Assembly: GCF_002854065.1 (NCBI RefSeq)
Contig: NZ_CP024147.1
Source: Escherichia coli
GTDB taxonomy: Bacteria; Pseudomonadota; Gammaproteobacteria; Enterobacterales; Enterobacteriaceae
DNA length: 64,000 nt
Strand: one strand, 5' to 3'
The notes beneath the pieces are model-generated. The model had not been told where the DNA came from, ran no database searches, and saw only the letters and a program-made list of their open reading frames with translations. The position numbers were made by a program, and so were the translations under genes. Position 1 is the stretch's first letter; every line of letters starts with the position of its first letter. Below are positions 10,230 to 20,848 of the stretch, piece after piece.

Positions 10230-13200
10230 ATGGATGCTTTAAGGGCTACAACATCGACAAATTTCAGTTTTCTCGCTGAACATGACCCGCTGTTTCTACA
10301 AATCGCCACTGCTGCAGAAAACGCCTTCTCAGGCGATCCCAACACCACCTTGATTAAGTTGCGCCAACTAGGTGAAGCCTTAGCACAACATATTGCTGCG
10401 CTGGTCGGGATCACGTTTGATGAACCGCCCACTCAGGCTGATTTACTCTACCGCCTCAATCGCGAGCTAAAATTTGAACCCACGGTACTCGAGCTATTTC
10501 ATCTATTGCGGATAGAGGGCAACAAGGCCACTCACCAGTTCAAAACCAAGCACAAAGAGGCGCTAGATGGCTTAAAAGTGGCGCGAGCGCTAGCTATCTG
10601 GTTCCACCAATCTTTCGGCAAGCAGGGCGCGGCCTTTAAACCCGGCGCTTTTATTGCTCCTCCAGACCCGAGCAATCAGCTTAGGCAACTCCAAACGGAA
10701 ATCGATCGCCTCAAAAGTGAGCTCACTACCGCCAACATACAGCTAGATTCCAGCCAACAGCTGCAAAATTTGCTGGTGCAGGAAAAGAGTGAATATGAAG
10801 CGCTGGCGTTAGCCATGGATGATGAAACTAAGGTGTTAGCATCGCAGGCGAAAGAGCAGGAAATTGCACTCGAACAGCTTCGACAGCAATACGAAGAAAA
10901 ATTAAAAATCCTGCAAGCGCAACTGACCGAAAAAGATGAAAAGCAGGCCCGAACACAACGGCGAGAGTTTGCCCAGAAGAGCCGCCGTGCCAGCCAACAT
11001 ATCGCGTTAAATGAAGAACTCACCCGTATATTGATTGACCAAAACTTAAATGATGCGGGCTGGCTTGCTGACAGTCAGGAACTGACCTGGGCTAACGGAA
11101 CTCGCCCTGAAAAGGGGATAAACAAAGCCATTGCCGAATGGCCTACGGAGTATCAGGGTAAAAAAGGTCGCGCTGATTACGTTCTATTTTGCGGCTTAAC
11201 TCCGCTGGCCACGGTCGAAGCCAAAAAAGAAAACACCGATGTTGCGGGAAAAATTCCGCAGGCAGAACGCTACAGCAAAGGCTTCAAAATCACGTCCCCC
11301 ATGATTGGCGCATGGGAGCGGGAAGGCCGAACCATTGCATGGGCGGATGAGACTGACGGGCATTATATTATCCCGTTTGTATACTCCTGCAACGGTCGCC
11401 CCTACGTGCCACAGTTGGCTGAGTCATCAGGAACTTGGTTCCGGGACGTGCGCGAACCGTCCAACATCCGCCGTGCGCTGCAAAAGTTTCATACCCCGCA
11501 AGGCTTGCTGGATAAACTCGAACGCAGCAAAGACAGCGCCGAACAGAAGCTAAAGCAAGAAGGCTTCGCTTACCTCCGGTTACGCGATTATCAGCAAAAG
11601 GCCATTCTCGCCGTTGAAAGCACATTGGCGCAAAACATCCGCAATGCCCTTCTGGCGATGGCGACCGGCACCGGGAAAACACGCACCATTGTTGGTCTAA
11701 TGTACCGTTTTCTGAAAACTGAACGCTTCAAGCGCATCCTCTTTCTGGTTGACCGTACGGCTTTGGGCGAGCAAGCCACGGACACCTTCAAAGAAGCGCC
11801 GTTGGAGCAAAACCAGACGCTGTCTCAGATTTACAATATCGCTGAGCTCGGCGATATGGCTACACAGGCAGAAACCCGAGTACAGGTCGCGACGGTACAG
11901 GCCATGGTTAGCCGCATTTTTTCCTCGGACACACCACCGCCGGTGGATGAATTTGACTGCATCATCGTTGATGAAGCCCACCGAGGCTACACCTTAGATC
12001 AGGAAATGACTGAAGGGGAACTCTCGACCCGCGACGCCAGCCAATATCTCTCCAGCTACCGTCGGGTGCTCGATTATTTCGACGCGGTAAAAATCGGCCT
12101 TACCGCCACTCCGGCGAAACATACCAGCGATATCTTCGGCAAACCGATTTACATCTACTCCTACCGTGAAGCCGTGGCGGATGATTGGCTTATCGATCAT
12201 GAACCTCCAATCCGTTATGAAACGCTGCTGACGCAAAATGGCATCCACTTTGACAAAGGGAGCCAGGTGCATGCCATTAATATCCACACCGGAGAGGTTG
12301 AGATTGATCAGCTAGAAGACGAAGTGGATTTCAACGTTGATGCATTTAACCGTGGCGTCATCAGTGAAAACTTTAATCGGGTTATTTGCCAACAGCTCGT
12401 GAAAGAGCTCGATCCCTTTGGCGAAGAGAAAACGCTGGTTTTCTGCGTTACAGACAAACATGCCGACATGGTCAAACGCTTGCTGGATGAAGCGTTCTCT
12501 GCTGAATATGAAAACTATAATCAAGCGGCCGTCGAGAAAATCACCGGTGAAAGTGACAAAGTCAAACAGTTGATCAAACAGTATAAAAATGAACGCTATC
12601 CGAATATTGCAATCACCGTTGATTTGCTTAGCACCGGCATTGACGTGCCGAAGATTTGTAATCTGGTTTTCATGCGTCGGGTGAAGTCACGTATTTTATT
12701 TGAACAGATGATAGGCCGCGCAACACGCCGCTGTGATGACATTGGCAAAACGGTCTTCCGTATTTACGATCCAGTAGATATTTATGAGGCTCTCAGTGAC
12801 GTTAACACCATGAAACCGCTGGTCAAAGACCCCAATATCACACTTGAACAATTGGTCGGCGAGCTAACCGATACTGAACAGCTCGAAAAAGCGCTCAACA
12901 GCCCCGGTGAACATACAGGTGAAACTCAGGCTGATGTGGTGCTCAGCCAGTTAAGCCAAAAGGTGATGCGCATCCTACGTAAGGCGGAGAAACGGGCAGA
13001 AAATCGCCCAGTGGTGAAACAAAAATTGGCTGACCTCCATCAACTGTGGGGCGTTGAGCCAAAACAGCTGCATCAACATCTGCATCACTTAGGGCCGCGT
13101 CAGGCGGCAGCCTTCATCCAACAACAGCAAGGGCTAATCTGCCAGCTCAACGAGATAGCTACATTACTCGGAAGTGAATACCGGCCGATTATTTCTGAGC

Positions 13201-13754
13201 ATCATGACCAACTACAGGAACGTAACCAGAGCTACGGTAGCCATCAGCGGCCAGAAGATTACCTGGAAAGCTTTGCGGATTTTATTCAGCAGCAGCTTAA
13301 CCAATCCACTGCGCTGGCCGTGGTTGTCAACAAACCCCGCGACCTCACTCGTGAACAGCTTAAAGAGATCCGCTTATTATTAGACGGTGCGGGCTATTCC
13401 GAAGCTAATCTACAAACCGCCGTGCGTAATCAAACCAATCAGGATATCGCCGCCAGCATTGTCGGCCACATTCGCCGTGCTGCACTAGGGGAGCCTCTTG
13501 TGCCTTTTGCACAGCGCGTATCACAGGCAATGATCAACATTTATAACAGCCGCGCATGGACAACCCAGCAACGAAAATGGCTGGATCGTCTGGCAAAACA
13601 GCTGGTTCATGAAGTGATCATTGATCACCAATTTATTAACAATAGTTTTGCTGATGATGGCGGCGTAAAACAGCTCAATAAGATATTGGTAGACCAACTG
13701 GACAGCGTGCTGGATGAACTTAACGGTGCGATATGGCCACAACAAAGCGCCTGA
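10230..13754 (+). CDS. hsdR: Type I restriction enzyme R subunit (EcoKI family, type IA)
   Basis: 1174 aa; PD-(D/E)xK nuclease motif (RADYVLF...VEAKK), SF2 helicase motifs (LAMATGTGKTRT, DCIIVDEAHRGY, QMIGRATRR); collinear with remembered EcoKI HsdR. Confidence 0.9.
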   Translation: MDALRATTSTNFSFLAEHDPLFLQIATAAENAFSGDPNTTLIKLRQLGEALAQHIAALVGITFDEPPTQADLLYRLNRELKFEPTVLELFHLLRIEGNKATHQFKTKHKEALDGLKVARALAIWFHQSFGKQGAAFKPGAFIAPPDPSNQLRQLQTEIDRLKSELTTANIQLDSSQQLQNLLVQEKSEYEALALAMDDETKVLASQAKEQEIALEQLRQQYEEKLKILQAQLTEKDEKQARTQRREFAQKSRRASQHIALNEELTRILIDQNLNDAGWLADSQELTWANGTRPEKGINKAIAEWPTEYQGKKGRADYVLFCGLTPLATVEAKKENTDVAGKIPQAERYSKGFKITSPMIGAWEREGRTIAWADETDGHYIIPFVYSCNGRPYVPQLAESSGTWFRDVREPSNIRRALQKFHTPQGLLDKLERSKDSAEQKLKQEGFAYLRLRDYQQKAILAVESTLAQNIRNALLAMATGTGKTRTIVGLMYRFLKTERFKRILFLVDRTALGEQATDTFKEAPLEQNQTLSQIYNIAELGDMATQAETRVQVATVQAMVSRIFSSDTPPPVDEFDCIIVDEAHRGYTLDQEMTEGELSTRDASQYLSSYRRVLDYFDAVKIGLTATPAKHTSDIFGKPIYIYSYREAVADDWLIDHEPPIRYETLLTQNGIHFDKGSQVHAINIHTGEVEIDQLEDEVDFNVDAFNRGVISENFNRVICQQLVKELDPFGEEKTLVFCVTDKHADMVKRLLDEAFSAEYENYNQAAVEKITGESDKVKQLIKQYKNERYPNIAITVDLLSTGIDVPKICNLVFMRRVKSRILFEQMIGRATRRCDDIGKTVFRIYDPVDIYEALSDVNTMKPLVKDPNITLEQLVGELTDTEQLEKALNSPGEHTGETQADVVLSQLSQKVMRILRKAEKRAENRPVVKQKLADLHQLWGVEPKQLHQHLHHLGPRQAAAFIQQQQGLICQLNEIATLLGSEYRPIISEHHDQLQERNQSYGSHQRPEDYLESFADFIQQQLNQSTALAVVVNKPRDLTREQLKEIRLLLDGAGYSEANLQTAVRNQTNQDIAASIVGHIRRAALGEPLVPFAQRVSQAMINIYNSRAWTTQQRKWLDRLAKQLVHEVIIDHQFINNSFADDGGVKQLNKILVDQLDSVLDELNGAIWPQQSA

Positions 13755-13833
13755 TTCTGGTAAAATTCGCTAGCGAAACACGCCTTTTTAATCGCGCTTG
13801 CGGCATATTTCGCGAGCGAATGCAGGAAAAATA

Positions 13834-15402
13834 ATGAGTAATAATAACGATATCGTACAAAAACTGTGGAACCTGTGTGATGTACTGCGTGATGACGGCA
13901 TCAACTACAGCGATTACGTCACCGAACTAGTGCTACTACTGTTTATCAAAATGGTGCATGAAAATACCGAAGCAGAATTATTAGATCAGCACACTTTACC
14001 GCAGGGCTGCCGCTGGAGCGATCTCAACAGTTTATCGGGCCTCAACTTGCTTAACCATTACAAACAAATGCTGTTGAAGCTCTCCAGCGGCAAAGACGCT
14101 GAAGGTAATTCGGTTCATGCTGACCCGCTGATTAGCGCCATTTATGACGATGCGCAGACCCGCCTGCGTGAGCCTCGTCATCTCGAACAGATGATCCGCA
14201 CCCTCGACCAAATTGACTGGTTTAGTGCTAAAAAAGACGGTCTCGGTGATCTTTATGAAGGTCTGCTGGAGAAAAACGCCGGAGAAACAAAATCTGGCGC
14301 AGGTCAATATTTTACGCCGCGGGCCTTAATTAACAGCATGGTACGCTGCATTAAGCCACAGGCTGGAGAAGTGATCCAAGATCCCGCTGCGGGCACCGCA
14401 GGGTTTTTGATTGCCGCCGATCAATACATCAAGCAACAAACTGACAACCTCTACGACCTTACTGCCAAAGCGAGAACCTTTCAAAAAAATAAAGCCTTTA
14501 TTGGTGTGGAACTGGTTCCGTCTACGCGCCGCCTGGCACTGATGAACTGCCTGCTACACGGCATCGAAGGGGATGACGAAGGCGTCGTGCATCAGGGCAA
14601 CGCGTTGGGCATGGTGGGTGCTAGCTTGCCCAAGGCCGATATCATTCTTGCTAACCCGCCGTTCGGTACGGCGAAAGGCGGTGAAGCCAGCATTACTCGT
14701 GATGACTTAACCTACCCAACTAGTAACAAACAGCTAGCGTTTTTACAGCATATCTACCGTAACTTAAAACCGGGTGGCCGTGCAGCTGTGGTGCTACCCG
14801 ACAACGTCCTGTTTGAAGCGGGTGTTGGCACCGATGTACGCCGCGACCTTATGAACAAATGTAACCTGCACACCATTTTACGTTTACCCACCGGGATTTT
14901 TTACGCCCAAGGGGTGAAAACCAACGTTTTGTTCTTCACCAAAGGCAGCGCCAACAACAAACATCAGGATGAAAATTGTACCGAAAACGTCTGGATCTAT
15001 GATCTGCGTAGTAACATGCCAAGCTTTGGCAAACGCACCCCGTTTGGTGAGCAACATTTAAAACCCTTTGAAGCGGTTTACGGCGACGATGCCAACGGTC
15101 AAAGCCCACGCAGTGAAGGGGAATGGAGTTTTAACTCCGACAAACTTGACGTGCCCGATAACGCCGAAAATCAGCACGTTGACAACCGCATGGCGACCAG
15201 CCGTTGGCGCACATTCAGCCGTGAATGGATCCGCGATGTTAAAGGTGATTCATTAGATATTGCATGGCTGAAAGATAACAACAGCGTTGATGTGACTAAC
15301 CTGCCTGAACCTAGTGTATTAGCGATTGAAGCAAAAGAAGAATTAACCACTGCTTTAGCAGAACTGGATGCTTTATTGACTTTATTAGGAGCAACTCGCT
15401 GA
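13834..15402 (+). CDS. hsdM: Type I restriction-modification N6-adenine methyltransferase subunit
   Basis: Strong collinear similarity to EcoKI HsdM (SGAGQYFTPR, DPAAGTAGFL, NPPFG motifs); start at the internal ATG 13834. Confidence 0.9.
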   Translation: MSNNNDIVQKLWNLCDVLRDDGINYSDYVTELVLLLFIKMVHENTEAELLDQHTLPQGCRWSDLNSLSGLNLLNHYKQMLLKLSSGKDAEGNSVHADPLISAIYDDAQTRLREPRHLEQMIRTLDQIDWFSAKKDGLGDLYEGLLEKNAGETKSGAGQYFTPRALINSMVRCIKPQAGEVIQDPAAGTAGFLIAADQYIKQQTDNLYDLTAKARTFQKNKAFIGVELVPSTRRLALMNCLLHGIEGDDEGVVHQGNALGMVGASLPKADIILANPPFGTAKGGEASITRDDLTYPTSNKQLAFLQHIYRNLKPGGRAAVVLPDNVLFEAGVGTDVRRDLMNKCNLHTILRLPTGIFYAQGVKTNVLFFTKGSANNKHQDENCTENVWIYDLRSNMPSFGKRTPFGEQHLKPFEAVYGDDANGQSPRSEGEWSFNSDKLDVPDNAENQHVDNRMATSRWRTFSREWIRDVKGDSLDIAWLKDNNSVDVTNLPEPSVLAIEAKEELTTALAELDALLTLLGATR

Positions 15403-16778
15403 TGAGTAAGATTATTCTACCTGAAGGGTGGTCCAATTGTACTCTTGCAGATATTGCTGAAGTTAACCCTAAAAAAATAGAGGCTGAACCTGACATAATT
15501 GCAGGCTTTGTTCCTATGTCTCATGCCCCAACAAACTATTACGGGAAATTAGAGTTTGAAGAAAAGACTTGGGGTGAAATTGGTAAATCTTACACTAACT
15601 TTAAAAATGATGATGTGATTTTTGCAAAAGTAACGCCTTGTTTTGAAAATGGTAAAGCAGCAATTGTAAAAGATATGCCAAATAATATCGGTGCAGGCAG
15701 CTCTGAATTTTATGTTCTACGCGCTCGTAATCAAGAGATACCAGCCAGTTATTTACTTGGGATTATTAAGACCAGAAAATTTATGCAGGAAGGTGCAGAA
15801 AATATGACAGGTGCTGTTGGTCTGCGCCGTGTTCCAAGGGCTTTCGTTGAAAGCTTTCCTTTGATACTTCCCCCTCTTGCAGAACATAAAATCATCGCCG
15901 ATAAACTCGATATTCTGTTAGCACAGGTCGAAAGCGCCAAAGCACGCCTTGAGCAAATACCACAAATCCTGAAGCGTTTTCGTCAAGCGGTGTTGGCATC
16001 TGCGGTGAGTGGAAAATTAATACCAAAGGATCAAAAGTCCAATGTACGATTTGATGTCTCAGTTGGTTCACTTTGTATAACTTCGTTTGATGGCCCTTTT
16101 GGGTCAAAATTAAAAACGGCTGATTATACAAATGCGGGTGTTCGTGTCGCTCGACTAGAAAATATTGGTCATTTAACATTTAATGATGAAAAAGAAACGT
16201 ATATCAGCGATACAAAATTTAATAGCCTAAAAGGAAATAAGCTCGAAAAGGATGATGTGTTATTCTCATCATTTGTAGATGAAGATGTTCGTGTATGTCT
16301 TTTTCCACATAACGATAAAATTTTTATAAACAAGGCAGATTGTTTTTGTTTAAGGATCAATCAAGAAATAGCATCACCAAAATATGTAGCTTTAACATTA
16401 GCAAGCAGAACTTCGTATGAACAAATTAAAGCACAGGTTCAAGGTGTAACACGACCTCGTATTAATTTAAAGACGTTAAGGTCTTTGTCGTTTACGTTTC
16501 CTTCTCTACAAGAACAAAACGAAATTGTTCGCCGCGTAGAACAACTCTTCGCCTATGCTGATGGCATCGAAAAGCAGGTACACAACGCCCTTGAGTGCGT
16601 CAACAACCTCACACAGTCGATTCTGGCTAAAGCATTTCGTGGGGAACTCACGGCGCAATGGCGTGCAGAAAATCCCGATTTAATTAGTGGTGAAAATAGC
16701 GCACAAGCATTACTGGTGAAAATTCAACAGCAGCGCAAAAACATAAAAAATATCAAACGCAACAAGGGTAATAATTGA
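15402..16778 (+). CDS. hsdS: Type I restriction-modification specificity subunit (two target-recognition domains)
   Basis: 458 aa; start overlaps the hsdM stop (TGATG); central and C-terminal conserved repeat regions between two variable TRDs. Confidence 0.85.
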   Translation: MSKIILPEGWSNCTLADIAEVNPKKIEAEPDIIAGFVPMSHAPTNYYGKLEFEEKTWGEIGKSYTNFKNDDVIFAKVTPCFENGKAAIVKDMPNNIGAGSSEFYVLRARNQEIPASYLLGIIKTRKFMQEGAENMTGAVGLRRVPRAFVESFPLILPPLAEHKIIADKLDILLAQVESAKARLEQIPQILKRFRQAVLASAVSGKLIPKDQKSNVRFDVSVGSLCITSFDGPFGSKLKTADYTNAGVRVARLENIGHLTFNDEKETYISDTKFNSLKGNKLEKDDVLFSSFVDEDVRVCLFPHNDKIFINKADCFCLRINQEIASPKYVALTLASRTSYEQIKAQVQGVTRPRINLKTLRSLSFTFPSLQEQNEIVRRVEQLFAYADGIEKQVHNALECVNNLTQSILAKAFRGELTAQWRAENPDLISGENSAQALLVKIQQQRKNIKNIKRNKGNN

Positions 16779-18481
16779 TGCGACTGATTTCTTTAGATTT
16801 GAGAGGCAGCTACAAAGGCTTGAAAGATCAATTCTTTGACTTCAGTTATGCCCAAGATAATATAATTGCATTGATTGGCCTTAATGGTTCTGGTAAATCT
16901 CAATTGCTTGAGTTAATCGGAGAAACTTTTGCTTATCTAGAGCGATGGCAACGTGCAGAGTTCAAAAATAAAACATCGTTAGGTTTTAGCGTCGCGGTAC
17001 ACTATCAATGGGATCTTAGAAATGATAGTGCTGTTATATCTTACCCAGACGAGCTCATGAATCATGGTGAGAGCATTGAGCTAAAGGTAACTATTGAGCT
17101 TGACGGCGATGTGTTTTTAAATGTTCGTGGTACTTATGAGTGGCATGTAATACAGCTTGGTGAGCGCCATTTCCCCATCCCTCTCGTGGTTGGTTATGCT
17201 TCGGGGCTAAACGAAAATTTACAGCGAAGTTTTATGAAAAATGCTGTGCAATATTTTGAAGTCCGTCGAATTAGTAGCCAGCGTCTAAAAATGCTATCAC
17301 GAGAAATTAATGATGAACAGTTGGCTGAAATCAATAAGAAGTATCTTAAAAAATACCCACACATATTTGATCCTTTATCAGAAGGTGATTTTTTTCCAAA
17401 TTATCACCTGAATTTGAGAGAAGTGAATCCTGCCCCTAGCAATTTTAACTATCTTGATTACGATAATATTGGGCTCTTAATTTTATCGCTATCGATTCTT
17501 CCGGCTGGGACAGTATTTCAACTATTAGATGAAATAACATATAAACATCCTGTCAAAGCTGTACTTCATTACGACTTTCGTTCTGGCATCATAGAAGATG
17601 ATGCCATTCGTGATGTGAAAATGTTGATCCGTATAGCAGGCTCCGATCAAGTAAGGCCAACAGGAGGCCGAACTACAGATAACCAGTATGAACTTTATGA
17701 GTTAGAATATCTGTCTGGAGAAATCACTCTCGAATTAAGTGATGAGGCTGTTTTAAACCGACTTCGTGAAGATAACTACTTTGATTCTTTCGCATTATTT
17801 AAAAGACTTAATAATATTCAACAGCTTGGCATAAAGAACTGGGATCGTACATCTCGTTTGAAATTGATGAAAGATGATTTTATAGGTACGGTAAAAAAAC
17901 CGCTTCAGTCAAGGTTACCTTTATCTGTTGTTGAGTTATTAATGGCTAATGAACAGGGCGATACCGTGAAGTTTGATGATTTATCTGACGGTGAAGCTCA
18001 ATTGATTCAGGTTGTTGCCGCAACAAGGATATTCAGTCAGGTTCAAGCGCTATTTCTTTTTGATGAGCCAGAAACACACCTTAATCCGTCTTGGCGTACC
18101 TATTTTCATCAGCGTTTAACTGAAGCATTTACACCTGGAAATGAGAGGAAAGGTCAATCGCAATTCTTTCTATCTACTCACTCACCATTCATGATTTCCT
18201 CGCTCAAACGCGAGAATGTATTTTTCTTCGAGCGTAGTGATATGGGTTGTATCAGTATGGAACCGGTGTCCAGCCAGACTTATGGCACATCATTTGATGT
18301 CTTGGTTAAGAACCACTACGGTCTGCGTTCCCTTATTTCACAGACAGTGGTGAAGGATGTTAAAAATCGATTACCAGAAGATAATAATCCTGAAGCAGTT
18401 ATAGCTGCGCGACTCTGGATTGAGGAAAATCTGGGAGAATCAATGGAAAAGGCTTATCTGCTAAGGAAACTAGATAGCTAA
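16778..18481 (+). CDS. ABC-type (AAA_15/AAA_21-like) ATPase, PtuA-like, coupled to hsdS
   Basis: Walker A GLNGSGKSQ near the N-terminus, Walker B LFLFDEPETHLNP and H-loop LSTHSPF near the C-terminus, with a long insert between; ATG overlaps the hsdS stop (TGATG). Confidence 0.6.
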   Translation: MRLISLDLRGSYKGLKDQFFDFSYAQDNIIALIGLNGSGKSQLLELIGETFAYLERWQRAEFKNKTSLGFSVAVHYQWDLRNDSAVISYPDELMNHGESIELKVTIELDGDVFLNVRGTYEWHVIQLGERHFPIPLVVGYASGLNENLQRSFMKNAVQYFEVRRISSQRLKMLSREINDEQLAEINKKYLKKYPHIFDPLSEGDFFPNYHLNLREVNPAPSNFNYLDYDNIGLLILSLSILPAGTVFQLLDEITYKHPVKAVLHYDFRSGIIEDDAIRDVKMLIRIAGSDQVRPTGGRTTDNQYELYELEYLSGEITLELSDEAVLNRLREDNYFDSFALFKRLNNIQQLGIKNWDRTSRLKLMKDDFIGTVKKPLQSRLPLSVVELLMANEQGDTVKFDDLSDGEAQLIQVVAATRIFSQVQALFLFDEPETHLNPSWRTYFHQRLTEAFTPGNERKGQSQFFLSTHSPFMISSLKRENVFFFERSDMGCISMEPVSSQTYGTSFDVLVKNHYGLRSLISQTVVKDVKNRLPEDNNPEAVIAARLWIEENLGESMEKAYLLRKLDS

Positions 18482-19647
18482 TGTTATTTTCACTTAATCC
18501 ACAGACGCCTCAATGTTCGGTATTTGCATTTCTTAATGCTGAATTTCTTCATTTTTTGCAAGCTACTATTAATGCTGATGTATTCTCAGAAAACTTATTC
18601 CGCACTTTTCCTGAGATGATTGAAGATACAGAAGTACTTGTCCCTAGTGTATGTTGGAGTAATGAGCCCACAAGAGAGAAATTTCTTGGGTTATGGGAAG
18701 CGCGGCCTACGACCGTTGCGCAGCGACGGGAGTTGTCAGACCAAATAAGTCAGGCTCAGGATATTAATGTATTTTTCAACAATACCCAAGCTGTATTGCC
18801 GCAATTAGTACCAGCCTCTTTATTCGAAGCATGTAAGGCGTTAACAACTCATTTGTTTACACGTACCAAAGATCTAGCTCAAGCAAAGTCACAATCCAAT
18901 AGTTCTATTGAAAAACATTATCAGAATTTCGTCAGAGAAAATAATAATAGCCATCTATGTCCTATTTGTGGCACTGCACTTCTCTCTCAAAATCGAGAAA
19001 GCGTAGCAGAGGAAGAACAATGGCGATCAGATTATGACCACATTCTTTGCAAAGATAAATATCCAGTTTACAGTGTCCATCCAGGAAACTTCATTCCGAC
19101 TTGCCATATTTGTAATAGTAAAGCTAAAGGGGCAAGGGACTTACTGAATACTGTTGGTCTCCAGAGACGATTAGCATTTTATCCACTTCCCCCATCACAA
19201 GAGTCATGTGAGCAATTTGTTGTGGTATCGCTTCACCTCAGTGACCGTAGAGATTTAATTGTGAATAGTTGGGAAACACCGTTGGAGTCAGCATCCATTT
19301 TATTCCCCAGAGCTCCAGCTGACATAGTAGATAAAATAGGTGTATGGAAAGAAGTTTATAAAGTACCAGAAAGAGTTGAACAGCATCTTAAGGTCAACTT
19401 TTGCGAGCGTATAGCCGCTGATCTACGACCAGTAAGCTTTGATGATTTCTGTGAGCAATTACATAGATATTCGAGACAAATGCCAGCAGACTATAGAAAA
19501 TCGGAATGGAGGTTTTGGTGGCAGAAAGTCTATGAATTCTTATCAGATCAAAATAGAGACTATTTACACGATGTGTGGATATTAATTGCCTGGAAATTAA
19601 GGTTATCAAATGATGCTGATATGGCTGATACGTTTAATCAAATTTAA
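18481..19647 (+). CDS. HNH endonuclease, PtuB-like partner of the ATPase
   Basis: HNH motif CPICG...DYDHI...NFIPTCHICNSKAKG; start overlaps the ATPase stop (TAATG). Confidence 0.6.
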   Translation: MLFSLNPQTPQCSVFAFLNAEFLHFLQATINADVFSENLFRTFPEMIEDTEVLVPSVCWSNEPTREKFLGLWEARPTTVAQRRELSDQISQAQDINVFFNNTQAVLPQLVPASLFEACKALTTHLFTRTKDLAQAKSQSNSSIEKHYQNFVRENNNSHLCPICGTALLSQNRESVAEEEQWRSDYDHILCKDKYPVYSVHPGNFIPTCHICNSKAKGARDLLNTVGLQRRLAFYPLPPSQESCEQFVVVSLHLSDRRDLIVNSWETPLESASILFPRAPADIVDKIGVWKEVYKVPERVEQHLKVNFCERIAADLRPVSFDDFCEQLHRYSRQMPADYRKSEWRFWWQKVYEFLSDQNRDYLHDVWILIAWKLRLSNDADMADTFNQI

Positions 19648-19675
19648 ATTTTACTTCAACAGGGTGAGAGTATTG

Positions 19676-20848
19676 TTACTCTCCCTTTTTAAAATACATT
19701 GTAGAAGGTGCGCTTATTACTACGCAACCATCAATGCCTTTTATCTTCAATACCCCTTCCTTGAATTTAACATGTTCTTGTGTTGCTCGAGTGCAGTCCC
19801 ACAGGAAGCTGATGATATACGAATCCTTATATTTTTCGTCGACACGATAAAGTGACGCATCTTCTGCAATTTCTCCTATTAGTGCAGGAAACGATTTTTT
19901 TGTATCTTTTCGGTATTTTACTTCAATAATTGTGTGCAGTGATGGCAGATAAAGGTCTATGCGGGGGTTTTTTTGTCCGACAGGCTGAAGATTCACCTCA
20001 TCTGCAATATCGTTGAATATTGGCGCAAGTAGGATATAAAGCAGATTCTGAACATGATATTCATTTTCAACTTGCCACTTTACGGGCTCTGCGCCTCTGG
20101 TTCGACCTGAGTCCTCCCATGTCCATCGTTTTAACCCTGCAGGGATATGTTCCAGAAATCCTAGCAGGTCATCCAGTGTCCATCCAGACGGTGGAGCAAT
20201 GGCAATTTCCTGATTAATTTGATTAAAAACGTAAAGCATTACACACAAGAGAGTAACTGAAGGATTTTCTGTAGCTTGTGCTTGAAATTCGCTCATGAAA
20301 CGTCCGACAAGAGAAAGTCGGTTCTGATGACTATTGATCTTCAATAACTTTCGATAATGAAGGAAGAGTGGTATGCAGGCACTACTAAAGGAGGCTGATT
20401 CGCTGTTACCGACATATGCCGCGATATCTTTCTCGAAGATACTTAGATGGTTGCTTTCAATTTGCTGAGCCAGAAACCCTGAAATCCACTTTTCGAACTC
20501 GTGATTTATGCTCTCATCTTGCATCTGTGCCGTTAGCCATTTCACTGCCATTACACCGAACATATCCGATACCCAAGGTCTCGGTGTTGAATCAATCTTG
20601 GGAGCTTGTCCGAGCAGGCGAGAGACATCCTGGACCGAGACAGTTTCATCTAGAATACCTAAACCTGAAATTGCACAGCGTTGGTATAAAGATAGGTCCG
20701 CAAAGCTAAAATTCGTAATGCAGCTTTTATCTCCTTCCAGGAGACTAAAAAAGCAGGACTTAAATGGATCAATGTGAGCGGATTCGATCACCTTACTGTG
20801 AAAATAGTCGCGTAGCTGATAAACGTTTTCTTTCTCTATAGGAACCAT
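19676..20848 (-). CDS. PD-(D/E)xK-type nuclease-like protein, candidate pAgo-associated effector
   Basis: 390 aa; C-terminal motif PRIDLYLPSLHTIIEVKYRK (D...ExK); start overlaps the end of the pAgo reading frame by 13 bp. Confidence 0.5.
   Translation of the reverse strand: MVPIEKENVYQLRDYFHSKVIESAHIDPFKSCFFSLLEGDKSCITNFSFADLSLYQRCAISGLGILDETVSVQDVSRLLGQAPKIDSTPRPWVSDMFGVMAVKWLTAQMQDESINHEFEKWISGFLAQQIESNHLSIFEKDIAAYVGNSESASFSSACIPLFLHYRKLLKINSHQNRLSLVGRFMSEFQAQATENPSVTLLCVMLYVFNQINQEIAIAPPSGWTLDDLLGFLEHIPAGLKRWTWEDSGRTRGAEPVKWQVENEYHVQNLLYILLAPIFNDIADEVNLQPVGQKNPRIDLYLPSLHTIIEVKYRKDTKKSFPALIGEIAEDASLYRVDEKYKDSYIISFLWDCTRATQEHVKFKEGVLKIKGIDGCVVISAPSTMYFKKGE

Noticed and set aside
10230-10700. 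N-terminal region of HsdR looking like an extra fused domain
   Set aside because: The same N-terminal region (DDPNTTLIK, coiled-coil segment) is present in the EcoKI HsdR as I recall it, so it belongs to the family and is not a novel fusion.
10676-12524. Minus-strand ORFs of 66-115 aa within hsdR
   Set aside because: Antisense shadow ORFs inside a long conserved CDS.
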